From: Terriglobia bacterium
GTDB lineage: Bacteria > Acidobacteriota > Terriglobia > 20CM-2-55-15
NCBI GenBank assembly: GCA_963664115.2
Contig: CAXWPJ010000005.1
Location: forward strand, 64,001 to 128,000
Direction of reading: 5' to 3'
DNA length: 64,000 nt
In this document: positions 10,023 through 19,028 of the stretch, in pieces
How positions within the stretch are numbered: position 1 is the first letter of the stretch
Layout of the letters: every line of letters begins with the position of its first letter
The notes under the pieces: generated by a model
What the model was told of the DNA's origin: nothing
Seen by the model: the letters and a program-made list of their open reading frames with translations, nothing else
Database searches by the model: none
Made by a program: the position numbers and the translations under genes

Positions 10023-10064
10023 GTCCCAGCTCCTTCTGCTGATCTGTTCCGTAAGCCATTCTTA

Positions 10065-10080
10065 TGCACGCTGGGTGCCA
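10065..10080 (-). promoter_or_regulatory. sigma54 -24/-12 promoter
   Basis: Minus strand TGGCAC-CCAGC-GTGCA, 43 nt upstream of the ATG. Confidence 0.7.
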
Positions 10081-10121
10081 GAGCGTAAGTGTATGAATAT
10101 AAAGCTCTCATGTTTCTAAGT

Positions 10122-10140
10122 GTCCACCAAATTCGTAGAT
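10122..10140. promoter_or_regulatory. putative enhancer-binding-protein site
   Basis: GTCCAC-N7-GTAGAT; variant of the palindrome found upstream of all three sigma54 promoters. Confidence 0.5.
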
Positions 10141-10241
10141 GGGCCATTCCGTGGTCAACAACTTTGCGAGTACTACTATAGGTGTACGTCGTCAGAATAA
10201 TTCGGACAAAAAGACCATTTAGCTAAGAGACGGTTTTGAAG

Positions 10242-11225
10242 TTATACCACTCCAATCCTAAGGTTCTCGATTTTGCGTCGAGCCAGCGTTTTTCTTTTGA
10301 TCTGGTCACGACGTGCAAGGATCTGCTGATCCCTCCCGAAGAACACGTCAGCCGGTGTCACGTTGTTCAGAGATTCGTGATACCGATGGTGGTTGTAGTG
10401 TTCGACCCATTGCGCGATCGCCTGCTCAAGTTCCCACGGATAATAGTAGTGTTCCAACTTGACCACGTTCTTCATCGAACGGTGATAGCGTTCGATCTTG
10501 CCCTGTGTCATCGGGTGATAGGGCGCACCCCGGGTGTGTTCCATACCACGACGTTGTAAATAGTCTTTGAGTTCGTGCGATACGTAGCAGGGGCCGTTGT
10601 CGCTCAACAATCGCGGTCGGTGCCGGACTTGTACTTGTCCGACATCTGTCGCCTGTAGTGCAACGTCCAGCGTGTCCTGAACGTCAGATGCGGCCATGGT
10701 TTGAAAGAGCTTCCAGGCGATGATGTAGCGAGAGTAATCGTCCAGCACGGTCGACAGGTAGTACCAACCCCAACCGACGACCCTGAAGTAAGTGAAATCA
10801 GTTTGCCAGAGTTCGTTCACACGCCGGGTTGGCTGCTGGAAGTGATCGCTGGCCGTCATCACGATGTATGCGGGACTGGTGATCAGGTCGCATCTCTTCA
10901 GAATCCGATACACGCTGGATTCGGAGATGAAGTAGTCCTGGGTGTCGGTGATCTGCCAGGCCAGTTCCCGCGGTGAGGCTTCCGGGTGGTTCAACGCGGT
11001 TTCGACCACCTGTTCCCGCACCGGTCCCGGAATCCGGTTCCAGCAGAAGCCGGGGCCGGAATGCCGATCTAACAAGCCGGCTGCGCCACGCTCTTTGTAT
11101 CGTCGATACCAACCGTAGAACGTGCTGCGGGGGACGCCCAGCTCCCGGAGGGTCGCTGTCACCGACAACTCCGAGTCTTCCACCACTCGGATCGTCTCCA
11201 GCTTCTCAGATCCCGATTGCCTCAT
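10242..11225 (-). CDS. IS3-family transposase OrfB (DDE integrase core)
   Basis: WQTDFT, LDDYSR, LSDNG, GKIERYH; in -1 frame relative to orfA with ATGA overlap; A7 slippery tract at 11260-11266. Confidence 0.9.
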   Translation of the reverse strand: MRQSGSEKLETIRVVEDSELSVTATLRELGVPRSTFYGWYRRYKERGAAGLLDRHSGPGFCWNRIPGPVREQVVETALNHPEASPRELAWQITDTQDYFISESSVYRILKRCDLITSPAYIVMTASDHFQQPTRRVNELWQTDFTYFRVVGWGWYYLSTVLDDYSRYIIAWKLFQTMAASDVQDTLDVALQATDVGQVQVRHRPRLLSDNGPCYVSHELKDYLQRRGMEHTRGAPYHPMTQGKIERYHRSMKNVVKLEHYYYPWELEQAIAQWVEHYNHHRYHESLNNVTPADVFFGRDQQILARRDQIKRKTLARRKIENLRIGVV

Positions 11226-11587
11226 ATATCGATGCTCTCGGAGTCCGTTACGTTCAACGTTTTTTTCAGAAAACGATTCTTTAGCAGTATTTCGGCCACG
11301 ACCTGCTTCAACTGATCGTTTTCCTGCCGCAACTCGGTGACTTCGCTCGATGTCGCTTCCCGCTTCGTGTCCCCAGCCAGCCGTTTCTTCCCCGCCTCCA
11401 GGAAGTCCTTGCTCCACCGGTAATACAGATTTGACGGAATCCCTTCGCGTCGGCACAGTTCTGCGATGCTCTCTTCGCCTCGCAACCCTTCCAACACGAT
11501 CCGCACTTTCTCCTCAGACGAGTACTTCTTGCGCGTCTTTCGACGAATCTCTCGTACCCGATTCTCTGCCGACACTTTCTCACTCAT
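11222..11587 (-). CDS. IS3-family transposase OrfA (HTH)
   Basis: YSSEEKVRIVLEGLRGEESIAELCRREGI..NLYYRW plus leucine-zipper-like C-terminus. Confidence 0.9.
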   Translation of the reverse strand: MSEKVSAENRVREIRRKTRKKYSSEEKVRIVLEGLRGEESIAELCRREGIPSNLYYRWSKDFLEAGKKRLAGDTKREATSSEVTELRQENDQLKQVVAEILLKNRFLKKTLNVTDSESIDI

Positions 11588-11672
11588 TCGATCCTCCTTC
11601 AGATCGTTCTGATTAGAAAAGTGTCTCTTAGTTTTTTAGGGTATTTCGTACGAAATGCTCTGACGGGCTACA

Positions 11673-11984
11673 GGCGTATTCGGCCTGCGTTCCGATTTCG
11701 ACGAGATCCACGAGAGCGGAGGGGAAACCGCCCATATCAGCCATATAACCAAAACGGGTCACATTTTCCTGTCCGGTACGAACAGTCGAGGGTTCGCCGA
11801 TCAATGCTTGTTTCACACGCGTGATCTGTTCTTTGGCGAGCTTCGACCGGTTCTCTTCCATCGTCATCGGGACAGCAAAGCCGAAGCTGAAGGCGAGAAC
11901 TGCGATGACAGCCAGTGAAAGAGCCACCTCCAGCAAACTTACACCGCGCTCACCCGTCCATGCTCGATGAGTGTCCTGCTTCAT
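11673..11984 (-). pseudogene. long-type GspG-like pilin truncated by IS3
   Basis: RGVSLLE prepilin motif and FGYMADMGGFPSALVDL (paralogous to the two upstream long pilins); sequence runs into the IS end at 11672. Confidence 0.8.
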
Positions 11985-13180
11985 GGTGTTGGATCCGTCG
12001 GCACGACGACGACCACCGAACCGTCACTGAATGTGACGACGAAAGTGACTCCCGTCATGTCCACTGCCGTCCCATTACCGGTTAACACGTCTACAAAATC
12101 CTGCATTTCGATCGTCAGCGAGCTGCCGCGGCCGATGTCTCCTACGATAACGTCGTTGATGTCCGTGATTGAGGACTGGATGCGGATCGGCAGCGATTCG
12201 GCCACCAGTCCCGTCCCGTCGATAGTTTCGGCCGAAAAATTCGCGGTGTCGCCGCTGGCGAATCGTGGGTTGCTGGAACTGAAGACGTTCGTGTTCCCCA
12301 CGCGCAAAGTATCGAAGTACGCAGGAGGTACGACGTTGATATCGATCGATATTGAAGTGATATCCGTATCGGTCGCGGCAAAATTCTTGACGACAAACTC
12401 AACGCTGTCGTTGTTGTTTCCCGTCACGATCGCAGTGTCCGGAGCCAGAACCAGACGGGGTTCCACGGTGATTGAGCGGTTCCCGAAAGGAATTCCCGTA
12501 AAGGCGTAAAATCCGAAGTTGTTCGTTTGTGCCGTGGAGGAAGTCAAGACCCCACTCTGCGGATAGTTCACCGTGATGCCGACGCCCGGGACGCCGTTGT
12601 CGGCATCGTCGCGAACAAATCCCTGAACTCGTGAAGCTGTCGTTGTGTCGAAGAAATGCAGCGTGATGTCGTCGTTGCCGCCGGCAATCTGGTCGCCGCC
12701 GAAGGAGATGAGCTTTGCGTTGACGTTGGCTCCGAAATCCGTATCCAGAAACGCAGTGTTGTCGTAGAAGAAATCCGTTCCCCATGCGTCCCGTCCCAGA
12801 TCTGCCAAAGACTCGGCCACCTGGGTTTCCAGATAGGGCCCATTCCAACCGGCGCCTGTTTTCTTGGTCGTATCGAAACTGAAGTCCGGTTGGACGCCTT
12901 TGATCCAGAGGTCTTCAAGTGCCGCGGGCGGGCCTCCCATATCGCCGACGTAGCCGAAGGACGATCTTGCATCATTGACAACAATGACAGGGTCGCCGCT
13001 GATCGCACGTTCCAGTTCGCGAATCTGGTCGCTCGTGAAGTCGCGGTTCACCATGTCGAACGCAGCATCGGAAACGCTGACCAGTCCGACCGCGAAAATC
13101 GCGATGATCGCCAGTGTGAATACAGCTTCGATAAGGCTGAAACCCTTGGTTTGGTTTGTCTTCAGTCTCTTCATTTTCAT
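11981..13180 (-). CDS. long GspG-like pilin with C-terminal beta-sandwich extension
   Basis: KGFSLIE; GAGWNGPY, DAWG, LISFGGDQIAGGNDDI; then VQGFVRD..NGVPGV.ITV..TNNFGFYAF (carboxypeptidase-regulatory/Ig-like). Confidence 0.8.
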   Translation of the reverse strand: MKMKRLKTNQTKGFSLIEAVFTLAIIAIFAVGLVSVSDAAFDMVNRDFTSDQIRELERAISGDPVIVVNDARSSFGYVGDMGGPPAALEDLWIKGVQPDFSFDTTKKTGAGWNGPYLETQVAESLADLGRDAWGTDFFYDNTAFLDTDFGANVNAKLISFGGDQIAGGNDDITLHFFDTTTASRVQGFVRDDADNGVPGVGITVNYPQSGVLTSSTAQTNNFGFYAFTGIPFGNRSITVEPRLVLAPDTAIVTGNNNDSVEFVVKNFAATDTDITSISIDINVVPPAYFDTLRVGNTNVFSSSNPRFASGDTANFSAETIDGTGLVAESLPIRIQSSITDINDVIVGDIGRGSSLTIEMQDFVDVLTGNGTAVDMTGVTFVVTFSDGSVVVVVPTDPTP

Positions 13181-14373
13181 TGGCGCACCGTCGTGAAGAT
13201 CGCGACAGAACCGTCCGAGAAGGTTGCCTGAAATGTGATTCCCGTCATGTCGACGTTTCCTGCTGCCCCGGTTTCTGCATCCTTGAAGTCCTGTACCTGA
13301 ATCCGGACCGTGCCGCCGCGCCGGGCGGCTTCGCCGATGTCCTGATTGGGCGTGAGAGTAAAAGGGGACTGGAGGCGAACGGGGATCGTGCCGCCCGCAA
13401 TCGAACCGGTACCAATGGCTGTCTGAGTCGAAAAGACTACGGTTTCACCACTGCCGACGCGGTCCGAGGTATCTGTGAAGACGTTGCTGTTGTCTACACG
13501 GAGCCGTTCGTAGAACGCCGGCTGGTCGGGATGCAGGAGCGTCAAGCTCGTGAAGGTCGCGTCACTGGAGGAAAAATTCTGTATGACGAACTCGACGTCG
13601 TTGGACTGGCCGCCCGTCGTCACGGCCGTGTCCTGGACATAGACCAGATTGGGTTCGATGACCAGACTCCTGTTTCCGAACGTCACATCCGTGAAGGTAA
13701 ATGCCCCCGCCGAATCCGTTTGCAATGTTGCACTGCTCGTGATGGAATTGAACGGGAATTTCAGGGTCGCTGTCACGCCGGGAAGCGGGTTCCCGACAGC
13801 GTCCCGAACGAAACCGACGACTTCAGAGAGCAATTCCGTTTCGTAAATTTCTACCGTGAGGTCGTCGCCGCCACCGGCGGAGGTGTCGGGGCCGTAACTG
13901 ATCAGTTTTGCACGTACAGTTTGTCCCGTACCCGCGCTGATTTCCGTGCCAATCACATATTGAATCTCGGTACCCCAGGCGTCTCGCTTGATGTCATCAA
14001 ACAACTCGAGCGGAGGTACCTGAATATAGGGTCCCGCCCAACCCGCGCCTAGTTTGACGCTCGTGTCATAAGTAAACACGGGCTGTGCGCCCAGGATCCA
14101 GAGATCCTCCAGCGAAGCCGGAAGATTCCCCGTATCTCCAAGGAAACCAAAGTCGGTCCGTGACTGACCTGTGATCATGCGTGATTCACCTGTAATCGCG
14201 CGTTTGAAGGCCAGCAGTTTACCTCGCGTTTCTTCTTCGTTTTCAGCAGCGAAGGGTTGTGTCAGGAGAGAGAAAGCGCCGGATGTTATCAGAGACAGGA
14301 TGGCGACAGTTACCGCAACTTCGAGCAGGGAGACACCCCTGGACTTTAAGATGTGTAAGTTCCCCACGAACAT
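13177..14373 (-). CDS. long GspG-like pilin with C-terminal beta-sandwich extension
   Basis: RGVSLLE; GAGWAGPY, DAWG, LISYGPD..GGGDDL; VVGFVRDAVGNPLPGV..TDSAGAFTF; start codon uncertain. Confidence 0.8.
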   Translation of the reverse strand: MFVGNLHILKSRGVSLLEVAVTVAILSLITSGAFSLLTQPFAAENEEETRGKLLAFKRAITGESRMITGQSRTDFGFLGDTGNLPASLEDLWILGAQPVFTYDTSVKLGAGWAGPYIQVPPLELFDDIKRDAWGTEIQYVIGTEISAGTGQTVRAKLISYGPDTSAGGGDDLTVEIYETELLSEVVGFVRDAVGNPLPGVTATLKFPFNSITSSATLQTDSAGAFTFTDVTFGNRSLVIEPNLVYVQDTAVTTGGQSNDVEFVIQNFSSSDATFTSLTLLHPDQPAFYERLRVDNSNVFTDTSDRVGSGETVVFSTQTAIGTGSIAGGTIPVRLQSPFTLTPNQDIGEAARRGGTVRIQVQDFKDAETGAAGNVDMTGITFQATFSDGSVAIFTTVRQ

Positions 14374-14398
14374 CACCCTGTTATTATCGCTGCAAGAC

Positions 14399-14432
14399 AA
14401 AAGGGCCGCAAGCTATTGTGCTCGGGCCCTTT
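14399..14432 (-). terminator. putative terminator/attenuating hairpin between short and long pilin genes
   Basis: AAAAGGGCC...GGCCCTTT imperfect stem with U-run on the minus strand. Confidence 0.5.
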
Positions 14433-14496
14433 CCTAAGTGGTCTGCGTACTAATCGGAATCTGTCGGAGGCGATTCCACATTCTTTCGCCGACTCG

Positions 14497-15120
14497 TCAG
14501 CGAATACGTTGGACGATGTCGTCGTTGCCGACCGTGAACGTCCCGGTCCTTGTCTGTGTGAACACCGTGTCAATGGTCTTGTCGGGTCCTGCGGAGAGAA
14601 CGAACGCTGCGTTGGCTCCTCCCGACGGCGCCAAATCGGCCCCGTTAAAATAATACTTGGTGCCCCACGGATCCGTGTCGATGTCGGCCATGTACGGGCC
14701 GTTCCAAGCGCGTGGCCCGGAGGTGGTGAGGGTGAGGGAGTTCTCGTTTACGATCCCAGTGATAGACCCGTTACTGGTCGTTATAAATCCAACCCATGCG
14801 TCGGAAATCCCGTTCGCGCGGGCAGCGACGTCACCGTCTGTGGTTTCCATCGCGTCAGGTACAGTACCGTTGGGAATATCAGACGAGCTCGCATAGATAG
14901 GCTAGGCGCGGGTGTCGGTGTTGAAGGACAGGATGGCGGCCGCGATGTTTCGAATATCGTTCTGGGCGGTGTTATTGCGAGCGCGGTCGACGTAGCTGTT
15001 GATCATCGGCGTGATAATGGCTGCCAGGATGGCGATGATCGCCAGCACGACAACCAACTCGATCAGGCTCCATCCGCCGTTCACTCTCGTTTCCGTTCTG
15101 TTGTTGTTTTCTTGTTTCAT
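14497..15120 (-). pseudogene. short GspG-like pilin with a single in-frame TAG
   Basis: ORFs 14902-15120 and 14497-14850 share a frame; DTRA*PIY at 14902-14904; GWSLIE N-terminus; WNGPY, DPWGTKY, LSAGPD, NDDIVQRIR. Confidence 0.85.
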
Positions 15121-15145
15121 GATTCGCCTCCGTAGACAAGCTTAA

Positions 15146-15161
15146 AGCAGCTCGTATGCCA
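15146..15161 (-). promoter_or_regulatory. sigma54 -24/-12 promoter
   Basis: Minus strand TGGCAT-ACGAG-CTGCT upstream of the GGAGG RBS of the 15120 gene. Confidence 0.65.
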
Positions 15162-15223
15162 TAACGGGCCCTAACTCTATGTCATTGATATATAAGGGTA
15201 GATATCTCGAACCGCTTCGCCAA

Positions 15224-15242
15224 ATCTACGGAAATGGTAGAT
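15224..15242. promoter_or_regulatory. putative enhancer-binding-protein site
   Basis: Perfect palindromic arms ATCTAC-N7-GTAGAT. Confidence 0.55.
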
Positions 15243-15352
15243 ATCGGGGGGTCCGGATCACGAAATCTGTTGAATCTTGGCAGTAATTCTAGAAAATTCA
15301 GGCTGATTTCATTCCACGCATCTGAGGCACTATACTTGCCGTTAATAAGGTT

Positions 15353-17158
15353 ATGACAGAGAGTTCGGCCCAGAAAACAGGCTCGACCAAGCGCGAAGTC
15401 GTCGTGATGTTCAGCGACATCGTCAGCTATACCGAGTACTGCGACAAGCACGGCGAAGAAGCCGGTGTAGAACTGGTTGCCCGCCACGAGGACATGGTGT
15501 TTCCTATCATCGAAGGCCAGGGTGGGACTGTTGTCAAAACCATCGGTGACGCCGTGATGGCCTACTTCGAGGAAGCCGAGCAGGCCGGGCTGGCCGCACA
15601 GGAGATCATGCTGGCCGTAGCGGTTGACAATGAGGACAGGTCAAAGGACGAGGAGATGCACCTCAGGGCTGCTTTTCACATGGGTCCGGTAATCGTCCGC
15701 AACAAAGACCTGTTTGGAGACACCGTCAATCAGGCCTCAAGGATGGCGGGTGTGGGGCAGCCGGATCAGATCCTGATTTCCCGGTCCATGATCGACATCC
15801 TCAGCGACAATCCGAAGTTCATATGCCGCTTTGTCGGGAAAGCGGACTTCCACGGCAAGACGGGAACCATAGAGCTGTTCGAAATCCTCACGCAGAAGCT
15901 CGAACTCAAAGAAAAAAAGAAGTCCAAGATCGTTTCCGATAGTGCTGTCAAAGAGGACGAGACAGTCGGCAAGGGCCGATTGATCGGCGATAAGTACTTC
16001 ATTGAGAAAATGATCGGAGAGGGTGGCTACGGCAAGGTCTTCAAGGCCCGTCATGAAGAAACGAAGGATGTCGTGGCCATCAAGATGCTTCCGGAAGACG
16101 CCTATTCCTTTTACAGCCGCGAGGCCCAGGTCCTGCGTCAGCTGCAACCCTGCCCCTACATCATGAGCATTATCGATGCTTTCGTGGACGAAGAAGGCCT
16201 GTGCATCGTCATGCCCTATATCGAGCACGGGAGCCTCCAGACCTACATGAACACGCTCAATGGGGATCCACTCCAGCCGGGGCAGACGATCTCGCTGATG
16301 GAAGAGCTTCTGTTGGGCATTGCACATGCCCATTCCCGGGAAGTCATCCACCGCGACGTCAAGCCCCAGAACATCCTGCTGGCCAAAGGGACGGACGGGA
16401 TCCTGACGGATTTCGGTATTGCTCATGCGATGGAGTCCACCGGCCGGACTTCCACAATGACCGCCGGCACGTCCGGCTACATCGCTCCCGAGGTGACTTC
16501 CGGGAAGTTCGACGCTTCAATTGATGTCTACTCGGCGGGCGTCGTCCTCTACAAGATGCTCGGCGGAGAGTTCCCGGTCGACCTGAAGACTCTACCGCCC
16601 TACACCGACCCCAACTTCGTGAAGATCGTTGCCCGCGCGATAGCGGATCGTTCTAAGCGTTATTCCTCCCCCGAAGAAATGCTGGAAGAACTGCGCGGGA
16701 TGGGCTCCAGGGTCCTGGAGTCGACGATGAAGATCATCGCGCAGTCCGGAGAGGAGCGAATCCTCGTAGCAGCCGAAGACGCCGCTTGGGAAACGCTCCA
16801 GACAATGCTGGAAGTCAATAATACTACCGCTATGCGTTGCCGCCTGGACGCACTCCTCAAGCAGGTCCACTGGCAAGTGCCCTCAGTGACGATACTGGAC
16901 TTCACTCTGCTGGCGACATCCCTGTCGAGCGTGCCGGAACAAGTTCGGGCCTGCAGTGCTCTCGGGACAAAGGTGATCGTGGTGAACTGCGGGACGATAG
17001 CTGAGGCCCAGGACATGCTCGATGCCGGTGCTGCCGATTGCACGGCGTCGCTGGAGGCGCCCCAATCCGCGGAGGCGCTGTCGTTGGCAATCAACACCCT
17101 TATGGCGCAGATTCAACTGGGAAGCGGCAAGTCCTGGTGGAAGAAGATAATCAGCTAG
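15353..17158 (+). CDS. class III adenylate cyclase - Ser/Thr kinase - degenerate receiver fusion
   Basis: Cyclase: FSDIVSYT, VKTIGDAVM, DLFGDTVNQASR; kinase: GEGGYG, VAIK, HRDVKPQN, DFG, APE; REC-like C-terminus. Confidence 0.9.
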   Translation: MTESSAQKTGSTKREVVVMFSDIVSYTEYCDKHGEEAGVELVARHEDMVFPIIEGQGGTVVKTIGDAVMAYFEEAEQAGLAAQEIMLAVAVDNEDRSKDEEMHLRAAFHMGPVIVRNKDLFGDTVNQASRMAGVGQPDQILISRSMIDILSDNPKFICRFVGKADFHGKTGTIELFEILTQKLELKEKKKSKIVSDSAVKEDETVGKGRLIGDKYFIEKMIGEGGYGKVFKARHEETKDVVAIKMLPEDAYSFYSREAQVLRQLQPCPYIMSIIDAFVDEEGLCIVMPYIEHGSLQTYMNTLNGDPLQPGQTISLMEELLLGIAHAHSREVIHRDVKPQNILLAKGTDGILTDFGIAHAMESTGRTSTMTAGTSGYIAPEVTSGKFDASIDVYSAGVVLYKMLGGEFPVDLKTLPPYTDPNFVKIVARAIADRSKRYSSPEEMLEELRGMGSRVLESTMKIIAQSGEERILVAAEDAAWETLQTMLEVNNTTAMRCRLDALLKQVHWQVPSVTILDFTLLATSLSSVPEQVRACSALGTKVIVVNCGTIAEAQDMLDAGAADCTASLEAPQSAEALSLAINTLMAQIQLGSGKSWWKKIIS

Positions 17159-17235
17159 TTGCGCGTGTGGAACGGATCATATCGTATTGAAGGTGTGATG
17201 CGTAGCAATCTGCCTTAATCGGCCTGACCGGTCTG

Positions 17236-17277
17236 AAAAATAGGGCCCTGAGCACGGAAGGGGAGTGCTCAGGACCT
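17236..17277 (-). terminator. terminator between convergent genes
   Basis: CCTGAGCAC...GTGCTCAGG stem with AAAAA on its left. Confidence 0.6.
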
Positions 17278-17643
17278 GCTGTCTGGGCAAGAAGAAACTG
17301 TTTATCGAATCCGCTGAGCTATATCATCCCCACCAACAGCGAACGCGACGTTGTTGGCTTGACCCCGGGTTGTTTCGATCGTTGCGTTCGGTCCGGCCGA
17401 AAGCACGAATGAGTGTTGTGCGGTTCCAGCACGAGACAGGGCGAATGCCGTCACGAGGTAGTAATTGCCCCAGGGATCTGCCCCGAGATCGATGTACGGA
17501 CCACGGTAAGCCACGCGGCCTCCCCGTGCGCTCGTCGGCAGGGTGAGCAGATTTTGGTTGAGGAAGGTGTCCAGAGTCCCGGTCCCCCCCACCGTCCAAC
17601 TACTCAGGGTCGGTTCATCTCCCGGTCCGAAGAGATCGTCGGC

Positions 17644-19028
17644 GAGTTATAACCGAATCTGGTGTTTGAGGGATTGAATAAGAGCGGCGTATCTGGTTGA
17701 TTTGTTGTGACAAAACTTCAAAGCAACCATAGGAGATACGCCACTGTGAGCAAGAGTAACGTGAATGGACCGGAAGGTCGAGAAACGATTGAGGATCCAG
17801 TAACAGAACTACTACGAGTTGGGGCACAGCAACTGATCCAACGCGCAGTGGAAGCCGAATTGGCAGAGCTGCTATCCCAGCACGGTGGCCGGCGAACTGA
17901 GACAGGAAACGCCGGGGTGGTACGCAACGGTTATCTGCCGGAACGCGAACTGCAGACGGGATTGGGTCCGGTAACAGTCCAAATCCCGAAGGTCCGTGCC
18001 AAGACGGGCGAAGCTGTGACGTTCCGATCGGCCCTGGTACCACCGTACATTCGGAAGACGAAGTCGCTGGAAGCAGCGGTGCCGTGGTTGTATTTGAAAG
18101 GCGTTTCCAGCGGCGAGATGGGTGAGGCCCTAAAAGTTCTTGTCGGTCCCCAGGCGCAGGGTCTGTCGGCGAGCACGGTATCGCGGTTGAAACAGGTTTG
18201 GGGCGAACAGTACCGCCTCGGATGCGAGGAGCGTTTGGATGCAGATCGCTGGGTCTATGTCTGGGCCGACGGCATCTACAGCGGACTTCGGGCGGAACAA
18301 ACCAAGTTGTGTGCATTGGTCGTGATCGGCGTGAATGAACGCGGAGAGAAGCGTTTCCTGGCGATCGAAGACGGTGTACGGGAATCGACACAGAGTTGGC
18401 GCGAGGTCTTGTTGAAGCTGAAGTCCCGTGGGATGAATGTTCCGAAGTTGGCCATCGGTGACGGTGCGATGGGGTTCTGGGCCGCACTGGAGGAAATCTA
18501 TCCCGAGACACGTCAACAACGTTGCTGGATGCACAAAGTCATGAACGTCCTCAACTGCCTGCCCAAGTCGGTCCAGGCGAAGGCGAAACAGGCCCTGCAC
18601 TCGATCTGGCAGGCCGAGACGAAGGCAGACGCCGAGAAGGCATTCGACTTGTTCATTGAAACCTATGAACCGAAGTATCCGAAAGCCACACTCTGCCTGC
18701 AGAAAGACAGAGAGGAACTGCTGGCCTTTTACGACTTTCCGGCCAAGCACTGGCAGAGCATCAGAACGACGAATCCCATTGAGTCGACCTTTGCCACCAT
18801 TCGACACCGAACGAAGCGATCCAGAGGTTGCCTGACACGGGATGGCATGCTGCACATGATGTTCAAACTGGGCCAGTGCGCTGAGAACAATTGGCGACGA
18901 TTACGAGGATTCGATGATCTGAGCAAGGTAATCATCGGAGTGAAATTCAACGATGGTGTCGAAGCGACACAAGTCGATCAGGCCGCCGCTTGAATCAATC
19001 TCCTAAACACCACTTTTGACAATAACTC
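17644..19028 (+). mobile_element. IS256-family insertion sequence, 1385 bp
   Basis: Terminal IRs GAGTTAT-N9-TGGTGTTT; 9-bp direct repeats ATCGTCGGC at 17635-17643 and 19029-19037. Confidence 0.95.
17746..18993 (+). CDS. IS256-family (Mutator-type) transposase
   Basis: RNGYLPER, YVWADG, AIGDGAMGF, QRCWMHK, RTTNPIES; GTG start after AGGAG. Confidence 0.95.
   Translation: MSKSNVNGPEGRETIEDPVTELLRVGAQQLIQRAVEAELAELLSQHGGRRTETGNAGVVRNGYLPERELQTGLGPVTVQIPKVRAKTGEAVTFRSALVPPYIRKTKSLEAAVPWLYLKGVSSGEMGEALKVLVGPQAQGLSASTVSRLKQVWGEQYRLGCEERLDADRWVYVWADGIYSGLRAEQTKLCALVVIGVNERGEKRFLAIEDGVRESTQSWREVLLKLKSRGMNVPKLAIGDGAMGFWAALEEIYPETRQQRCWMHKVMNVLNCLPKSVQAKAKQALHSIWQAETKADAEKAFDLFIETYEPKYPKATLCLQKDREELLAFYDFPAKHWQSIRTTNPIESTFATIRHRTKRSRGCLTRDGMLHMMFKLGQCAENNWRRLRGFDDLSKVIIGVKFNDGVEATQVDQAAA

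Larger units (their letters stand above)
10183..11672 (-). mobile_element. IS3-family insertion sequence
   Basis: TG...CA ends; imperfect terminal IRs TGTACGTCGTCAGAATAATTCGGAC / TGTAGCCCGTCAGAGCATTTCGTAC; orfA/orfB pair; no 3-4 bp target duplication. Confidence 0.9.

Noticed and set aside
14902-14904. Pyrrolysine or stop-codon reassignment of TAG
   Set aside because: TAG ends many ordinary genes here (e.g. polX, platform protein, glnS), no pyl genes are in the window, and the position aligns with aromatic residues one substitution from TAG.
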